Positions 20,471 to 30,467 of a stretch of DNA of 64,000 bases are shown here, piece by piece; the stretch's first letter is position 1; each line of letters opens with the position of its first letter. Under the pieces are notes generated by a model. The model was given only the letters and a program-made list of their open reading frames with translations. It was not told the origin of the DNA and did not search any database. The stretch spans positions 276 through 64,275 of the forward strand of contig SVJU01000008.1 in the NCBI GenBank assembly GCA_015068825.1. The letters are read 5' to 3'. Origin of the DNA: Oscillospiraceae bacterium (lineage in GTDB: Bacteria > Bacillota > Clostridia > UMGS1810). The translations under genes and the position numbers were made by a program.

Positions 20471-21742
20471 ATGAAGGGTAATAAAGTAAAAATAGGTATC
20501 GTGGGTTTTGGCGAATTTTCGTTAAGTCATGTTGAAATATTTAAAAATCACCCTGATGTTGAATGTGTTGTTGGTGCGGAAATAAATCCCGAAAGACGAA
20601 AATTTGTTGAAGATAAGTTTAAAATAAAGATGTACGAAAGCTTTGATGAAATGCTTGATAAAGAACAAAGTCTTAACAGTGTGGCAGTTTTTTCTCAGCG
20701 TCATCAGCACGGACCTATGATTATTAAGGCTTTAAAAGCCGGAAAAAATGTTTTTACTGCCGTTCCTATGGGTTGCACCGAAGAAGAAATTTTCGAAATT
20801 TTAGACCTTGTAAAGAAAACAGGGCTTACCTTTGCAATGGGTGAAACCTGTTATTATTTTCCGTGTGCTGTGTGGAGCAGAAAACAAAGAAAAAAAGGTG
20901 CATTCGGTACTGTTACTTATGGCGAAGCTCAGTATTATCATGATATAACCGAAATGTTTGCTTCGTTTGCTTCGGTGGGCGACGGATATAAAAGAATTGC
21001 AGGTATTCCGCCAATGTTTTACGGAACACATTCAGCATCTATGCTTATTTCTGCAATGGGTGATATTCCTACTGAAGTTGCGTGCTTTGGCTATGTTGAC
21101 AAAGTGGGCGATGATATTTACGGAAAAGGCAAAAACGACTGGGATAATCCGTTTTCTAATGAAACTGCAATAGTGCGTTTTAAAAACGGTGCACTTGGCA
21201 GACTTAATGAATTCAGACGAATTGGTGGTGTAAAACCATCAAGTTTTATAACAGGTATTTACGGTACAAAAGCATCTTATGAATGTAGCGGAAATCAACA
21301 TCTTTTATCAATAGGCGGTGTTTTTGGACAAACACCTGATTCTATAAATGTAAGTGATGAAATTAATACTCTCACTTTTACTGAAAATAAAAATAATATG
21401 GATTTGAAAGACGGAAGATTGCACTATAAATATCATTGTGGATTTTCGCCTGTTCACGATGCACAAAGGCTTCCTGAAATTTTCAGAAAAATGGCAGAAG
21501 AGTCAAGAAAAAGAGACGACCTTTCGGTAATAGGCCATAACGGCTCGCACTTTTTCTGTGTAGACGATTTTGTAAAAGCAGTTGTAGAAGATAAAATTCC
21601 GCCGATAAATGCTTGGAATTCGGCTATTTACACATTAACAGGAATTAAAGCACACGAAAGCAGTATGCAAGGCGGAAAAATTGTAGCAATTCCTGATGTT
21701 GGCAAGTTGCCGTCTGATAAGGAGATTATTGATGAAGATTAG
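20471..21742 (+). CDS. Gfo/Idh/MocA-family oxidoreductase
   Basis: KIGIVGFGEFS Rossmann motif; ALKAGKNVFTAVP, where the usual EKP is replaced by AVP. Confidence 0.85.
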   Translation: MKGNKVKIGIVGFGEFSLSHVEIFKNHPDVECVVGAEINPERRKFVEDKFKIKMYESFDEMLDKEQSLNSVAVFSQRHQHGPMIIKALKAGKNVFTAVPMGCTEEEIFEILDLVKKTGLTFAMGETCYYFPCAVWSRKQRKKGAFGTVTYGEAQYYHDITEMFASFASVGDGYKRIAGIPPMFYGTHSASMLISAMGDIPTEVACFGYVDKVGDDIYGKGKNDWDNPFSNETAIVRFKNGALGRLNEFRRIGGVKPSSFITGIYGTKASYECSGNQHLLSIGGVFGQTPDSINVSDEINTLTFTENKNNMDLKDGRLHYKYHCGFSPVHDAQRLPEIFRKMAEESRKRDDLSVIGHNGSHFFCVDDFVKAVVEDKIPPINAWNSAIYTLTGIKAHESSMQGGKIVAIPDVGKLPSDKEIIDED

Positions 21743-22481
21743 TGTTTGCATTGATATGATGTTTTCGTACTGCGATTTTTACGACCGCTTTGAAAAAGTT
21801 AAAAAATGCGGTATTGATACAGTTGAATTCTGGAAATGGTCAAATAAGGATATTGATAAAATCAAACAAAACAATATGAATGTTTCAATATTTAATATTG
21901 ATTCAGCCGATGAAAAGCTTTCGTATGATTTATCAAGAGGCATTTTAAACGATGGCCGTGTTGACGATTTTTTAAAAGCGCTTTCTGAAAGTATTCCTGT
22001 GTATAAAAAGCTTGATGCAAAGGCTATGATAGTTTTAATCGGCGAAAATAAGGAATATAACGAAGAAAATGTTTTAAAATGTCTATTAGCGGCAAAAGAA
22101 ATTGTTGAAAAAGAAAATGTAACATTAATTATTGAACCACTTAACAATATTGACAGAGTGGGCTATTCAATGCCGTATGCAACACCTGTTTTTAATCTTT
22201 TAAAAAAGGTAAACAGTAAAAACATTAAAATGCTTTATGATATTTATCATCAGAATATGATGGGCGATTTTAATATTGAAGAAATTAAACAAAATATTGA
22301 TTACATAGGACATTTTCATGTTGCAGATGTACCCGGAAGACATGAGGTGGGTACAGGCAAGGTTGATTATATAAACATTATAAAAACAATAAACACATTA
22401 AATTATAACGGATACATTGGTCTTGAATACCGTGCAACAAAGCCCGATGAAGAAACTTTTGGTTTTTTGCAGAATTTATAA
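21732..22481 (+). CDS. Hydroxypyruvate isomerase-like TIM-barrel protein (AP_endonuc_2 family)
   Basis: VEFW, IIEPLN, LYDIYHQ, HFHVADVPGRHEVGTG, GYIGLEY. Confidence 0.85.
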   Translation: MKISVCIDMMFSYCDFYDRFEKVKKCGIDTVEFWKWSNKDIDKIKQNNMNVSIFNIDSADEKLSYDLSRGILNDGRVDDFLKALSESIPVYKKLDAKAMIVLIGENKEYNEENVLKCLLAAKEIVEKENVTLIIEPLNNIDRVGYSMPYATPVFNLLKKVNSKNIKMLYDIYHQNMMGDFNIEEIKQNIDYIGHFHVADVPGRHEVGTGKVDYINIIKTINTLNYNGYIGLEYRATKPDEETFGFLQNL

Positions 22482-22523
22482 ATTAAAACCAACTATCTGA
22501 ATATATGAAGGAGATTTATAAAT

Positions 22524-24737
22524 ATGCTTTCATACGCCGACAGATTAAAAATAATGCGTGATACAAAAATAAGACATACATTGGAAAAAAGGGACCAGAA
22601 TGGCTATACCGACCTTGACGATTTTGGAACTGTTCCCATAACACCCGATTACGAGGTTGAGCCGTATTATAACAGTGAGAACGGAAGTTTTTACGGATAC
22701 GACGGTATGAGCGAAAATTTTGTAAGAGTAATCAATGCACATCCTGCGTATGTTGACCCAATGGAAATGCTTTGCGCAAGATGGCGTGATATGCTTGTAA
22801 ATTACCGCGGCGACCTTCATTATATGCCCGATTGGTTAAAAAATAAGCCAAAAACAATAGCGCTTATGAAAAGCGTTACAAACCAGTGGAGTAAACGCTG
22901 GGACGAACAACGCTTTCCGTATGATGATTTAAAACCATTGCAGAAAAAATATAACATACAAACAGGAATAGACGGTGATGCGCATTTAGCATGTGATTAC
23001 CGTATTGGTTTTGAGCTTGGATTTGGCGGTCTTTTAGAAAAAATAAAAAAATACCGCGACATAAACAAAGATAAAAAAGACTTTTACGATGCTGAAGAAA
23101 AGGTGCTTCTGGCAATAATTGATTTTGTGCAAAAGCACATTGACGAAATAGAAAGGCTGTTAAAAGAAGAAAAAAGACCTGAAATAGTAAAAAGTCTTGA
23201 AGAAATGCTGATGGTTAATAAAAACATAAAATACGGCGCACCAAAAACATTTTACGAGGTGTGTCAGTGGACTGCGTATTTTAACTGTGCATCAAGAATT
23301 TATACCCGTGACGGTGCAGGCTTTCAGCTTGATACACTTTTGTATCCTTACTACGAAAACGATATAAAAAACGGAATACTTGATGATGAAAAAGCAAAAT
23401 TTTTAATTGCAAATCTTCTTTTAATAGATCCGCATTATTATCAGATTTCGGGTGTTGACGAAAACGATAACGATATGACAAACAAGCTTACATATCTTAT
23501 TTTAGATGCGGCTGACAGTATAAATATTTCTTGCAATTTAACGGTAAGAGTACATAAAAACTGCGATAAAAATCTTCTTAAAAAAGCAATATATTATCTT
23601 TTGAAAAACAAAAACGGCTGGCCGAGATTTTGTAATGATGATGCTCTTTCAGAAGGGTATATGAAAAACGGTGTTGACAAAAAAACCGCACGCGAAAGAA
23701 TTGCGGTTGGATGCAACTGGATGTGCGTTCCAGGTAAGGAATTTCCTATGAACGACACTGTTAAAATCAATATTGCAAAGGTTTTTGAAGTTGCACTTAA
23801 TGAAATGAAAAACGACCAGAATAAGTCGGTTGAAAAGCTTTATGAAATTTACAAAAAGCATCTTAAAGAGGCAATAAGAGTAACTGCAGACGGAATAAAT
23901 CTTCATATAGAGCATCAGTGGGAGGTAACCCCCGAGCTTGTTATGAACCTTATGATGGAAGATACCATTGAAAAGGGCGAAGATATTTCAAGGTGTGCAA
24001 AGCTTTATACAGTTGGCGTTGACGGAATAGGCCTTGCTGTTGTTGCAGATTCTTTTGGTGCGCTTGAAACAAGGGTTGAAAAAGAAAATGTTCTTACATG
24101 GGACGAAGTATATGTGGCTCTCGAAAACAATTTTGAAGATGAAAGAGTGCGTTTAATACTAAATTCTACCCCAAAATACTGCCACGGAAATACTGTTTCG
24201 GATGCGTGGGCAAAAAAGCTTACAGAAAGCTGGGTAGAAGGAATAAAATCACATAAAATGCCGCAGGGCAGAACTCTTGTTCCGGGGTGGTTCAGCTGGG
24301 CAAGAACCATTGAATACGGAAAGGCAGTAGGTGCAACGCCAAATGGCAGAAGAAAGCAGGAACCTGTTTCACATGGGGCAAACCCAAATCCGCATTTCAG
24401 AAGTGACGGAGCTGTGACTGCACAATCAAACGGTATTGCATCAGTTCAGTGCGGATACGGCAATACTGCACCGCTTCAAATTGAATTTGACCCTGATATC
24501 AATATCGAAAACGGTGGCGTAGATATAATAGAGAATTTTATTCTTGGCCATTTTGAGCAGGGCGGAACATTGATAAATATTAATATTTTAGATAAAGAAA
24601 AACTTATAGAAGCAAACAAAAATCCTGATTTGCATCCTGATTTGGTTGTAAGAGTTACAGGCTTTACTGCGTATTTTGCAAGCTTGTCGCCCCAGTTTCG
24701 GCAGCTTGTTGTAGACAGATTTTTAACCGGAATATAA
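22524..24737 (+). CDS. Glycyl radical enzyme (PFL/GRE superfamily), substrate unknown
   Basis: Gly loop LVVRVTGFTAYF (Gly713); Cys loop AVGCNWMC (Cys397); LLYPYY; GATPNGRR..PVSHG. Confidence 0.88.
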   Translation: MLSYADRLKIMRDTKIRHTLEKRDQNGYTDLDDFGTVPITPDYEVEPYYNSENGSFYGYDGMSENFVRVINAHPAYVDPMEMLCARWRDMLVNYRGDLHYMPDWLKNKPKTIALMKSVTNQWSKRWDEQRFPYDDLKPLQKKYNIQTGIDGDAHLACDYRIGFELGFGGLLEKIKKYRDINKDKKDFYDAEEKVLLAIIDFVQKHIDEIERLLKEEKRPEIVKSLEEMLMVNKNIKYGAPKTFYEVCQWTAYFNCASRIYTRDGAGFQLDTLLYPYYENDIKNGILDDEKAKFLIANLLLIDPHYYQISGVDENDNDMTNKLTYLILDAADSINISCNLTVRVHKNCDKNLLKKAIYYLLKNKNGWPRFCNDDALSEGYMKNGVDKKTARERIAVGCNWMCVPGKEFPMNDTVKINIAKVFEVALNEMKNDQNKSVEKLYEIYKKHLKEAIRVTADGINLHIEHQWEVTPELVMNLMMEDTIEKGEDISRCAKLYTVGVDGIGLAVVADSFGALETRVEKENVLTWDEVYVALENNFEDERVRLILNSTPKYCHGNTVSDAWAKKLTESWVEGIKSHKMPQGRTLVPGWFSWARTIEYGKAVGATPNGRRKQEPVSHGANPNPHFRSDGAVTAQSNGIASVQCGYGNTAPLQIEFDPDINIENGGVDIIENFILGHFEQGGTLININILDKEKLIEANKNPDLHPDLVVRVTGFTAYFASLSPQFRQLVVDRFLTGI

Positions 24738-24753
24738 AAAGGAGAAGTTTTAA

Positions 24754-25833
24754 ATGTTTAAAGTTTGCATTATAAGCTGTGGAATGATTGCCAATAGCGC
24801 GCATATCCCTGCATATAAAATGTTTTCGGATGATTACAAAATAGTTGCGGTTTGCGATACAAACGAAAATGCCGCAAAAGAAACCGCACAAAGACACGGT
24901 ATACTAAATTACTATACAGATGCTAAAAAAATGCTTGATGAACAAAAGCCTGATTTAGTTTCGGTTTGTGTTCCGAATGCTTTTCATAAAGAATACACCA
25001 TTATGGCGTTAAACAGTGGAGCAAATGTGCTTTGCGAAAAGCCGCTGGCGGTAACATATAAAGATGCAGTTGAAATGTTTGATATTGCAAAAAAGAATAA
25101 TAAAATTCTTATGGCTTGTCAGAGTATGCGTTTTACTCCCGACAGAATTGCTGCTAAAAAATACATTGAAAAAATGGGCGCTGATGATATATACTACGGC
25201 GAATTTTCAAGAATAAGAAGACGCGGAATACCTTTCTGGGGAGCATTTCACATAAAAAAAGTAAGCTGTGGCGGAGCCTTTTTGGATATAGGAGTACATA
25301 TGCTCGACGAGCTTGTATACCTTATGGGCAATAAAAAGGTAAAATCTGTGCGTGCAGTAACAGGAAAGAATCATAAGCACGAAATAGGCTCACTTGAAAA
25401 AAGCGGTGCACTTACAGGTAAAGTTGATATAGCAAGAAAGTTTAATCCTGATGAAATGGATGTAGAAGATTTTTCAGCAGGTATTATAACCTTTGAAAAC
25501 GGCGCAGTTGTTAATTTTAAAGTTGCGTGGGCGGCAAATTTGCCAGAGGAAACAAGTATTAAATTTTCTGCAACAAGATGGGGAATGGAGCTTCCTTGTG
25601 CAAAGGTGTATCAGGGGGCGGATAACGAAGAAAATCTTGAAGTTGAAAAATGCCCTTATGACAGTGTTTTCCCAGGGCATATATACATTTTAGATAATTT
25701 AAGAAAAGCATTAAAGGGTGAGGAAGAATTAATTGTAAAGAGCGAAGAAACAATTAATGTTTCTGCAATAATTGATTTGTTCTATAAATCAGCCCAGCTT
25801 AAAAGAGAAGTGTTTATGGAGGAAATTTTGTAA
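24754..25833 (+). CDS. Gfo/Idh/MocA-family oxidoreductase
   Basis: CIISCGMIA, VLCEKP, GGAFLDIGVH. Confidence 0.9.
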   Translation: MFKVCIISCGMIANSAHIPAYKMFSDDYKIVAVCDTNENAAKETAQRHGILNYYTDAKKMLDEQKPDLVSVCVPNAFHKEYTIMALNSGANVLCEKPLAVTYKDAVEMFDIAKKNNKILMACQSMRFTPDRIAAKKYIEKMGADDIYYGEFSRIRRRGIPFWGAFHIKKVSCGGAFLDIGVHMLDELVYLMGNKKVKSVRAVTGKNHKHEIGSLEKSGALTGKVDIARKFNPDEMDVEDFSAGIITFENGAVVNFKVAWAANLPEETSIKFSATRWGMELPCAKVYQGADNEENLEVEKCPYDSVFPGHIYILDNLRKALKGEEELIVKSEETINVSAIIDLFYKSAQLKREVFMEEIL

Positions 25834-26933
25834 TGATAAAAGCTGTAATAATAGGTTTTTCACATATGCATGTTAACGAGGTTGCACTATATCTGAGCGA
25901 ACAGAAGGATTTTGAGCTTATAGGTGCAGCAGAAGTAAAATCCAATCTGGAGGACATTGATCCATTAAGATATACACCAAAGTGGAATCTTGAAAATGTA
26001 AGAGAAAACTACTGTAATGTAATTTATACAGATTACAAAAAAATGCTTGATGAGTTAAAACCCGATATGGCATTTATACTTTCAGAAAATTGTCAGAAGC
26101 CCGAAATTGTTAATGAATGTGCAAAACGAAAAATAAATGTCTGCATTGAAAAACCAATAGCGGTGAGCTTAAAAGAGGCAAAAAAAATTAAAAAGTCTGT
26201 TGAAAAATATAAAATAAATGCAGTTGTGAACTGGCCGGTTGTGTGGCGTGAATATGTTCACAGAATGAAAAATGCTTTGGATTTAAAACTTGTTGGAGAA
26301 CCGGTAAAATTAAGATATATTAATGGTCATACAGGGCCTTTGGGAAAAGGTGCAAAGCACAGGGGAGTTAGCGAAAACGCACAGGAAATGACAGATTTTG
26401 AGCGTTCAAAAACCTGGTGGCACTCTCTTTCGCACGGCGGCGGAGTATTTTTGGATATAAGCTGTTACGGATGTCTTTTTTCAAAGTGGTTTTTGGGTGA
26501 TGGCGAAAAAAGTGTTTTATCGCATGGTGCAAATTTAAATACACCTTTTGGCGATACCGAAGATAACTTTGCATCAATTATTAAATATGACGATAAAATG
26601 TCGGTTATAGAAGGCACATGGACTACTCCAAGGGCGGTTATTCCGTCAGGACCTATGGTGGTTTGCACCGAAGGGGTAATAATGTGCACAGGCGGTGCCG
26701 AAAATGAGCCTGATGTAAAGGCGTTTGATATATACGGTAACGAAGTTGAAATTCCAAAAACAGAGTTTGACGAAAAATATAAAAATATGCCATATCATTA
26801 TGCAAATCACATTAATACAGGCGAAGATATACACAATATGCTTACACTTGATATAAATATAGAGATAATGGCTATTATGGACGCTTTAATCAAAAGCTCA
26901 AAAACAAAAAAAGAAGAAAAAATCAAGGGGTAA
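25833..26933 (+). CDS. Gfo/Idh/MocA-family oxidoreductase
   Basis: VCIEKP, GGGVFLDISCY; start overlaps the upstream stop (TAATG). Confidence 0.85.
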   Translation: MIKAVIIGFSHMHVNEVALYLSEQKDFELIGAAEVKSNLEDIDPLRYTPKWNLENVRENYCNVIYTDYKKMLDELKPDMAFILSENCQKPEIVNECAKRKINVCIEKPIAVSLKEAKKIKKSVEKYKINAVVNWPVVWREYVHRMKNALDLKLVGEPVKLRYINGHTGPLGKGAKHRGVSENAQEMTDFERSKTWWHSLSHGGGVFLDISCYGCLFSKWFLGDGEKSVLSHGANLNTPFGDTEDNFASIIKYDDKMSVIEGTWTTPRAVIPSGPMVVCTEGVIMCTGGAENEPDVKAFDIYGNEVEIPKTEFDEKYKNMPYHYANHINTGEDIHNMLTLDINIEIMAIMDALIKSSKTKKEEKIKG

Positions 26934-26939
26934 TGTGTA

Positions 26940-28007
26940 ATGACAGAGAAAATTCCTGAATATATTGACCAGGTTGCTGATGAAGCAATATCAAGAATAA
27001 AAAACTGCAGAATAGATGATAATGCAGTTTCGTTCGCCTTTTTTTCAGATACTCATAATTGCAACACTTATGTTGAAAGAAGCTTATATGCAATCAATAA
27101 AATAAATAAAACAATTCCGATAAAATTTATATGTATCGGCGGAGATTACCTGTGCAATAACTTGCGCACAACACATGATGAAGCATTAAGTCAGTTAAAT
27201 GATTTATCTGAAATTATAAAAAATTATTCATCACATATTCCCACAATGGTTATAAAGGGAAATCACGATGATAATCCGTTTGGAAAAAAAGAAAATGAGA
27301 TAAGCCATAATGAAATTTACGATACAATTATGTCGCACCACAAAGATTTTTTTGTAAGTGATAGCAAAAACGATAAAGCTATGTATGGATATTACGATAT
27401 GCCCGATGAAAAAATCCGTGCAATATATTTAGATGTTTTTGAATTAAAATACACAAAAAATGAAGAAGGACTTTCTTTTCACGAAAGAACAAGTTATGCA
27501 ATATCAAATGACCAGTTGAATTTTATAGCAAACAAAGCATTAAAGCTTCCTCAAAACGACTGGCTGGTTGTGCTTTTTTCACACGCATCGCCCATTATAC
27601 CACCGTTTAAGGAAAGTGAGCATATTTTTGGCGGCGACGCACTTATTGAAATTTTAAAAGCGTTTAAGAATGGCGAAAAATACAGTACAAAAGCTAAAAA
27701 AGGCGATATGTTTTATGATGTGGAATGTGATTTTACAAGTCAGAAAAAAGGTGAAATTGCAGGCTATTTTTGCGGACATCATCATACCGACTTTACATGG
27801 AATGTATGTGGTATTCCTTTTGCGTGTGTTATTCAGGCGGCAAGCGATAACTTTTCAAGACACATCTGCAAAGACGGATACCGTCATTTAAAAGTCAGAG
27901 GGTCCGGTGAAGAAAGTGCATTTGATATAATTTCAATTAATCCATCGTTAAGAAAGGTATCCTGTATACGCTGTGGTGCAGGTTATGATTATAGCTTTTT
28001 TTATTAA
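26940..28007 (+). CDS. Calcineurin-like metallophosphoesterase
   Basis: SDTH, GGD, GNHDDN, FSH and GHHH metal-binding motifs in order. Confidence 0.85.
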   Translation: MTEKIPEYIDQVADEAISRIKNCRIDDNAVSFAFFSDTHNCNTYVERSLYAINKINKTIPIKFICIGGDYLCNNLRTTHDEALSQLNDLSEIIKNYSSHIPTMVIKGNHDDNPFGKKENEISHNEIYDTIMSHHKDFFVSDSKNDKAMYGYYDMPDEKIRAIYLDVFELKYTKNEEGLSFHERTSYAISNDQLNFIANKALKLPQNDWLVVLFSHASPIIPPFKESEHIFGGDALIEILKAFKNGEKYSTKAKKGDMFYDVECDFTSQKKGEIAGYFCGHHHTDFTWNVCGIPFACVIQAASDNFSRHICKDGYRHLKVRGSGEESAFDIISINPSLRKVSCIRCGAGYDYSFFY

Positions 28008-28041
28008 TAATTTTTTATTCAGGGGGGATTTATTATCCCTC

Positions 28042-28070
28042 TTGACATCTTTTAGAAGCAAAAATATACT
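28042..28070 (+). promoter_or_regulatory. Sigma-A promoter for the beta-PGM/GH65 unit
   Basis: TTGACA-N17-TATACT. Confidence 0.75.
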
Positions 28071-28088
28071 TAAAAGAAAGGCGTTATT

Positions 28089-28310
28089 ATGAAATACAAA
28101 GCAATAATTTTTGACCTTGACGGAGTTGTTGTAACTACAGATGAATAAAATCCATTAGATTGCCTTGTTATAGAAGATGCCAAAGCAGGTGTTATTGCCG
28201 CGCATAAAGCGGGTATGGATGTTTTGGCGGTAGGCGATGCACAAAGCGAAAAGGATACAAATTATTCATATAATTCTCTTAAAGAAGCAATAGAAATTTT
28301 AGCAGACTAA
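28089..28310 (+). pseudogene. pgmB: Beta-phosphoglucomutase-like HAD gene with a large internal deletion
   Basis: MKYKAIIFDLDGVVVTTDE*(TAA 28146), then in the same frame NPLDCLVIEDAKAGVIAAHKAGMDVLAVG..LAD*. HAD motifs I and IV are adjacent; the cap and motifs II/III are missing. Lies directly upstream of GH65. Confidence 0.8.
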
Positions 28311-28325
28311 AAGGAGTTTTTATTT

Positions 28326-30440
28326 ATGGATTTTAAAATAAAATTTAATCAGTACAACAAAGATGATTCTATGATGTATGGCAATATGCTTCTTACAGGT
28401 AACGGATATTTTGGTATAAGAGGCACATTTGAAGAGTACACAAAAGAAATGTATGGTGCAATAAATATGTCGGGCATATATGACCGTTCAGAGCCTGATG
28501 CGTGGCGTGAATCTGTAAATGCGCCAAACTGTATCTATGTAAAGCTTGAGGCTGATAAAGAAACATATTCACTTCCTGATACATTACCTTCTAATCATTA
28601 TCACGAGCTTGATTTTAAGTATGGGATTTTTACAAGAAAAACAGTATGGAAAACAAATAAAGGCACAATAACTTTAGAAAGTGAACGCTTTGCATCAATG
28701 CACGATAAGCATCTTGTGTGTGTTAAATATACAGTTTTTTCTGATTATGACTGCAAAATAAAGCTTACCTCGGGCATAAATACAGATATCTGGAATATAA
28801 ACGGAAATCATTTTGCAAAGGTTGAAAAAACAAGTGATAATGGTTATATAAACTGTATTTGCACAACAATTGAAAAAAATATTGAGCTTTCTTTGCAGGA
28901 GTATGATGCGATAAATACAAACTGTAAAAAAAGCATTATAAATGACGAAAACGGAATATTCAATGTTTTTGAAATTAATGCAAAAAAAGATGAAAAATAT
29001 GTTCTGGAAAAAATAACAAAAATATCTTCATCAGTTGATAAAAAAGCATCAGTAACTGATTTAAAAAAGACAAATTATGAAAATCTTAAAAAACTTCATA
29101 TATCAGAGTGGGACAAAATATGGGATATTTCGTTTGTTGAAATAAAAGGCGATAAAGAAGCCGAAAAAGCGCTTAATTTTTGTATATACGAATTAAACGC
29201 AATAGCTCCAAGGCATACAGATGCAGGCTCAATTCCTGCAAGAGGCCTTTCTGCACAGGTTTATAAAGGCGCAATTTTCTGGGATACAGAAATGTTTATG
29301 TTTGATTATTTTCTGCATACAGATGTATCGGTTGCAAGAACACTTATAAACTACCGCATTAAAACTATGGGCGGGGCTATGATAAAGGCAAAGGAATATG
29401 GCTATGAAGGTGCATTTTATGCGTGGGAAAGTCAGGAAGACGGCATAGATGCGTGCTCTGAATTTAACATAATCGACCCTGTAAGCGGACGACCTTTAAA
29501 AACACATTTCCGTGATAAACAAATACATATTTCTGCCGATATAATATATGCACTTAAAAGATATGTTGAATATACAAAGGATTATTCTATACTGGATGAA
29601 GGCGGAAAAGAAATGGTAATTCAGTGTGCACTGTTTTATCGTTCTGCAATTGTTAAAAGGCTAAACAGCAATTTTTATGAATTACATAACTGCATTGGTC
29701 CTGATGAATACCACGAATGTATAAACAACAACGCATACACAAACAAAATGGCAAAAATGGTGTTTGATTATGCGTACGAGCTTACAAAAAATGATGATAC
29801 TGAGCATGCACTTATGTTTAAAGACTGTGCTGATAAGCTTTATATTCCATCACCAAGAAAAGAAGATGATGTTATAGAGCAGTTTGACGGATATTTTAAA
29901 ATGGAGAATTGCTCGGTAGAAGATTTGAAAAAAAGAGAATATACAAAAGGTGAATACTGGGGCGGTGCGTATGGAATTGCCACACAAACACAAATACTTA
30001 AGCAGGCAGATGTTGCAACAATGCTTTGTATGTTTAAAGATGAATATTCAAATAAAATACTTAAAGCAAATTTTGATTATTATGAAAAACGTACACAGCA
30101 CGGTTCATCGCTCTCGGCATGTATGTATTCGCTTTTAGGATGCTATCTTGGAAATGCAGAAAGTGCATATCCTCTGTTTATGACTTCTGCCTTAGCCGAC
30201 CTTAAAGAAGAGCGAAGTCAATGGTCGGGAAAAGTGTTTATAGGAGGAACACATCCTGCATCGGCAGGCGGTGCGTGGATGTGTGCAATACTCGGATTTG
30301 CAGGTCTTGGCATTAAAGATGGCAAAATAACACTTAACCCATGTCTTCCGGAAAGCTTTGAAGAAATGAATTTTAAAATTGTGTATAATGGAAAAAAACA
30401 TAATATAAAAGTTACCAGAACCAAATGTTTTGTGGACTGA
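28326..30440 (+). CDS. GH65 alpha-glucoside phosphorylase-family protein
   Basis: GNGYFGIRG, PARGLSAQVYKGAIFWDTEMF, GPDEYH, KQADV, HGSSLS. Confidence 0.9.
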   Translation: MDFKIKFNQYNKDDSMMYGNMLLTGNGYFGIRGTFEEYTKEMYGAINMSGIYDRSEPDAWRESVNAPNCIYVKLEADKETYSLPDTLPSNHYHELDFKYGIFTRKTVWKTNKGTITLESERFASMHDKHLVCVKYTVFSDYDCKIKLTSGINTDIWNINGNHFAKVEKTSDNGYINCICTTIEKNIELSLQEYDAINTNCKKSIINDENGIFNVFEINAKKDEKYVLEKITKISSSVDKKASVTDLKKTNYENLKKLHISEWDKIWDISFVEIKGDKEAEKALNFCIYELNAIAPRHTDAGSIPARGLSAQVYKGAIFWDTEMFMFDYFLHTDVSVARTLINYRIKTMGGAMIKAKEYGYEGAFYAWESQEDGIDACSEFNIIDPVSGRPLKTHFRDKQIHISADIIYALKRYVEYTKDYSILDEGGKEMVIQCALFYRSAIVKRLNSNFYELHNCIGPDEYHECINNNAYTNKMAKMVFDYAYELTKNDDTEHALMFKDCADKLYIPSPRKEDDVIEQFDGYFKMENCSVEDLKKREYTKGEYWGGAYGIATQTQILKQADVATMLCMFKDEYSNKILKANFDYYEKRTQHGSSLSACMYSLLGCYLGNAESAYPLFMTSALADLKEERSQWSGKVFIGGTHPASAGGAWMCAILGFAGLGIKDGKITLNPCLPESFEEMNFKIVYNGKKHNIKVTRTKCFVD

Positions 30441-30467
30441 TATTGTATACATAAAGGGGATATAAAA

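Noticed and set aside
22524-24737. Calling the GRE pflB or cutC
   Set aside because: It lacks the PFL CC pair and the GCVE motif, and there are no microcompartment genes or activase nearby.
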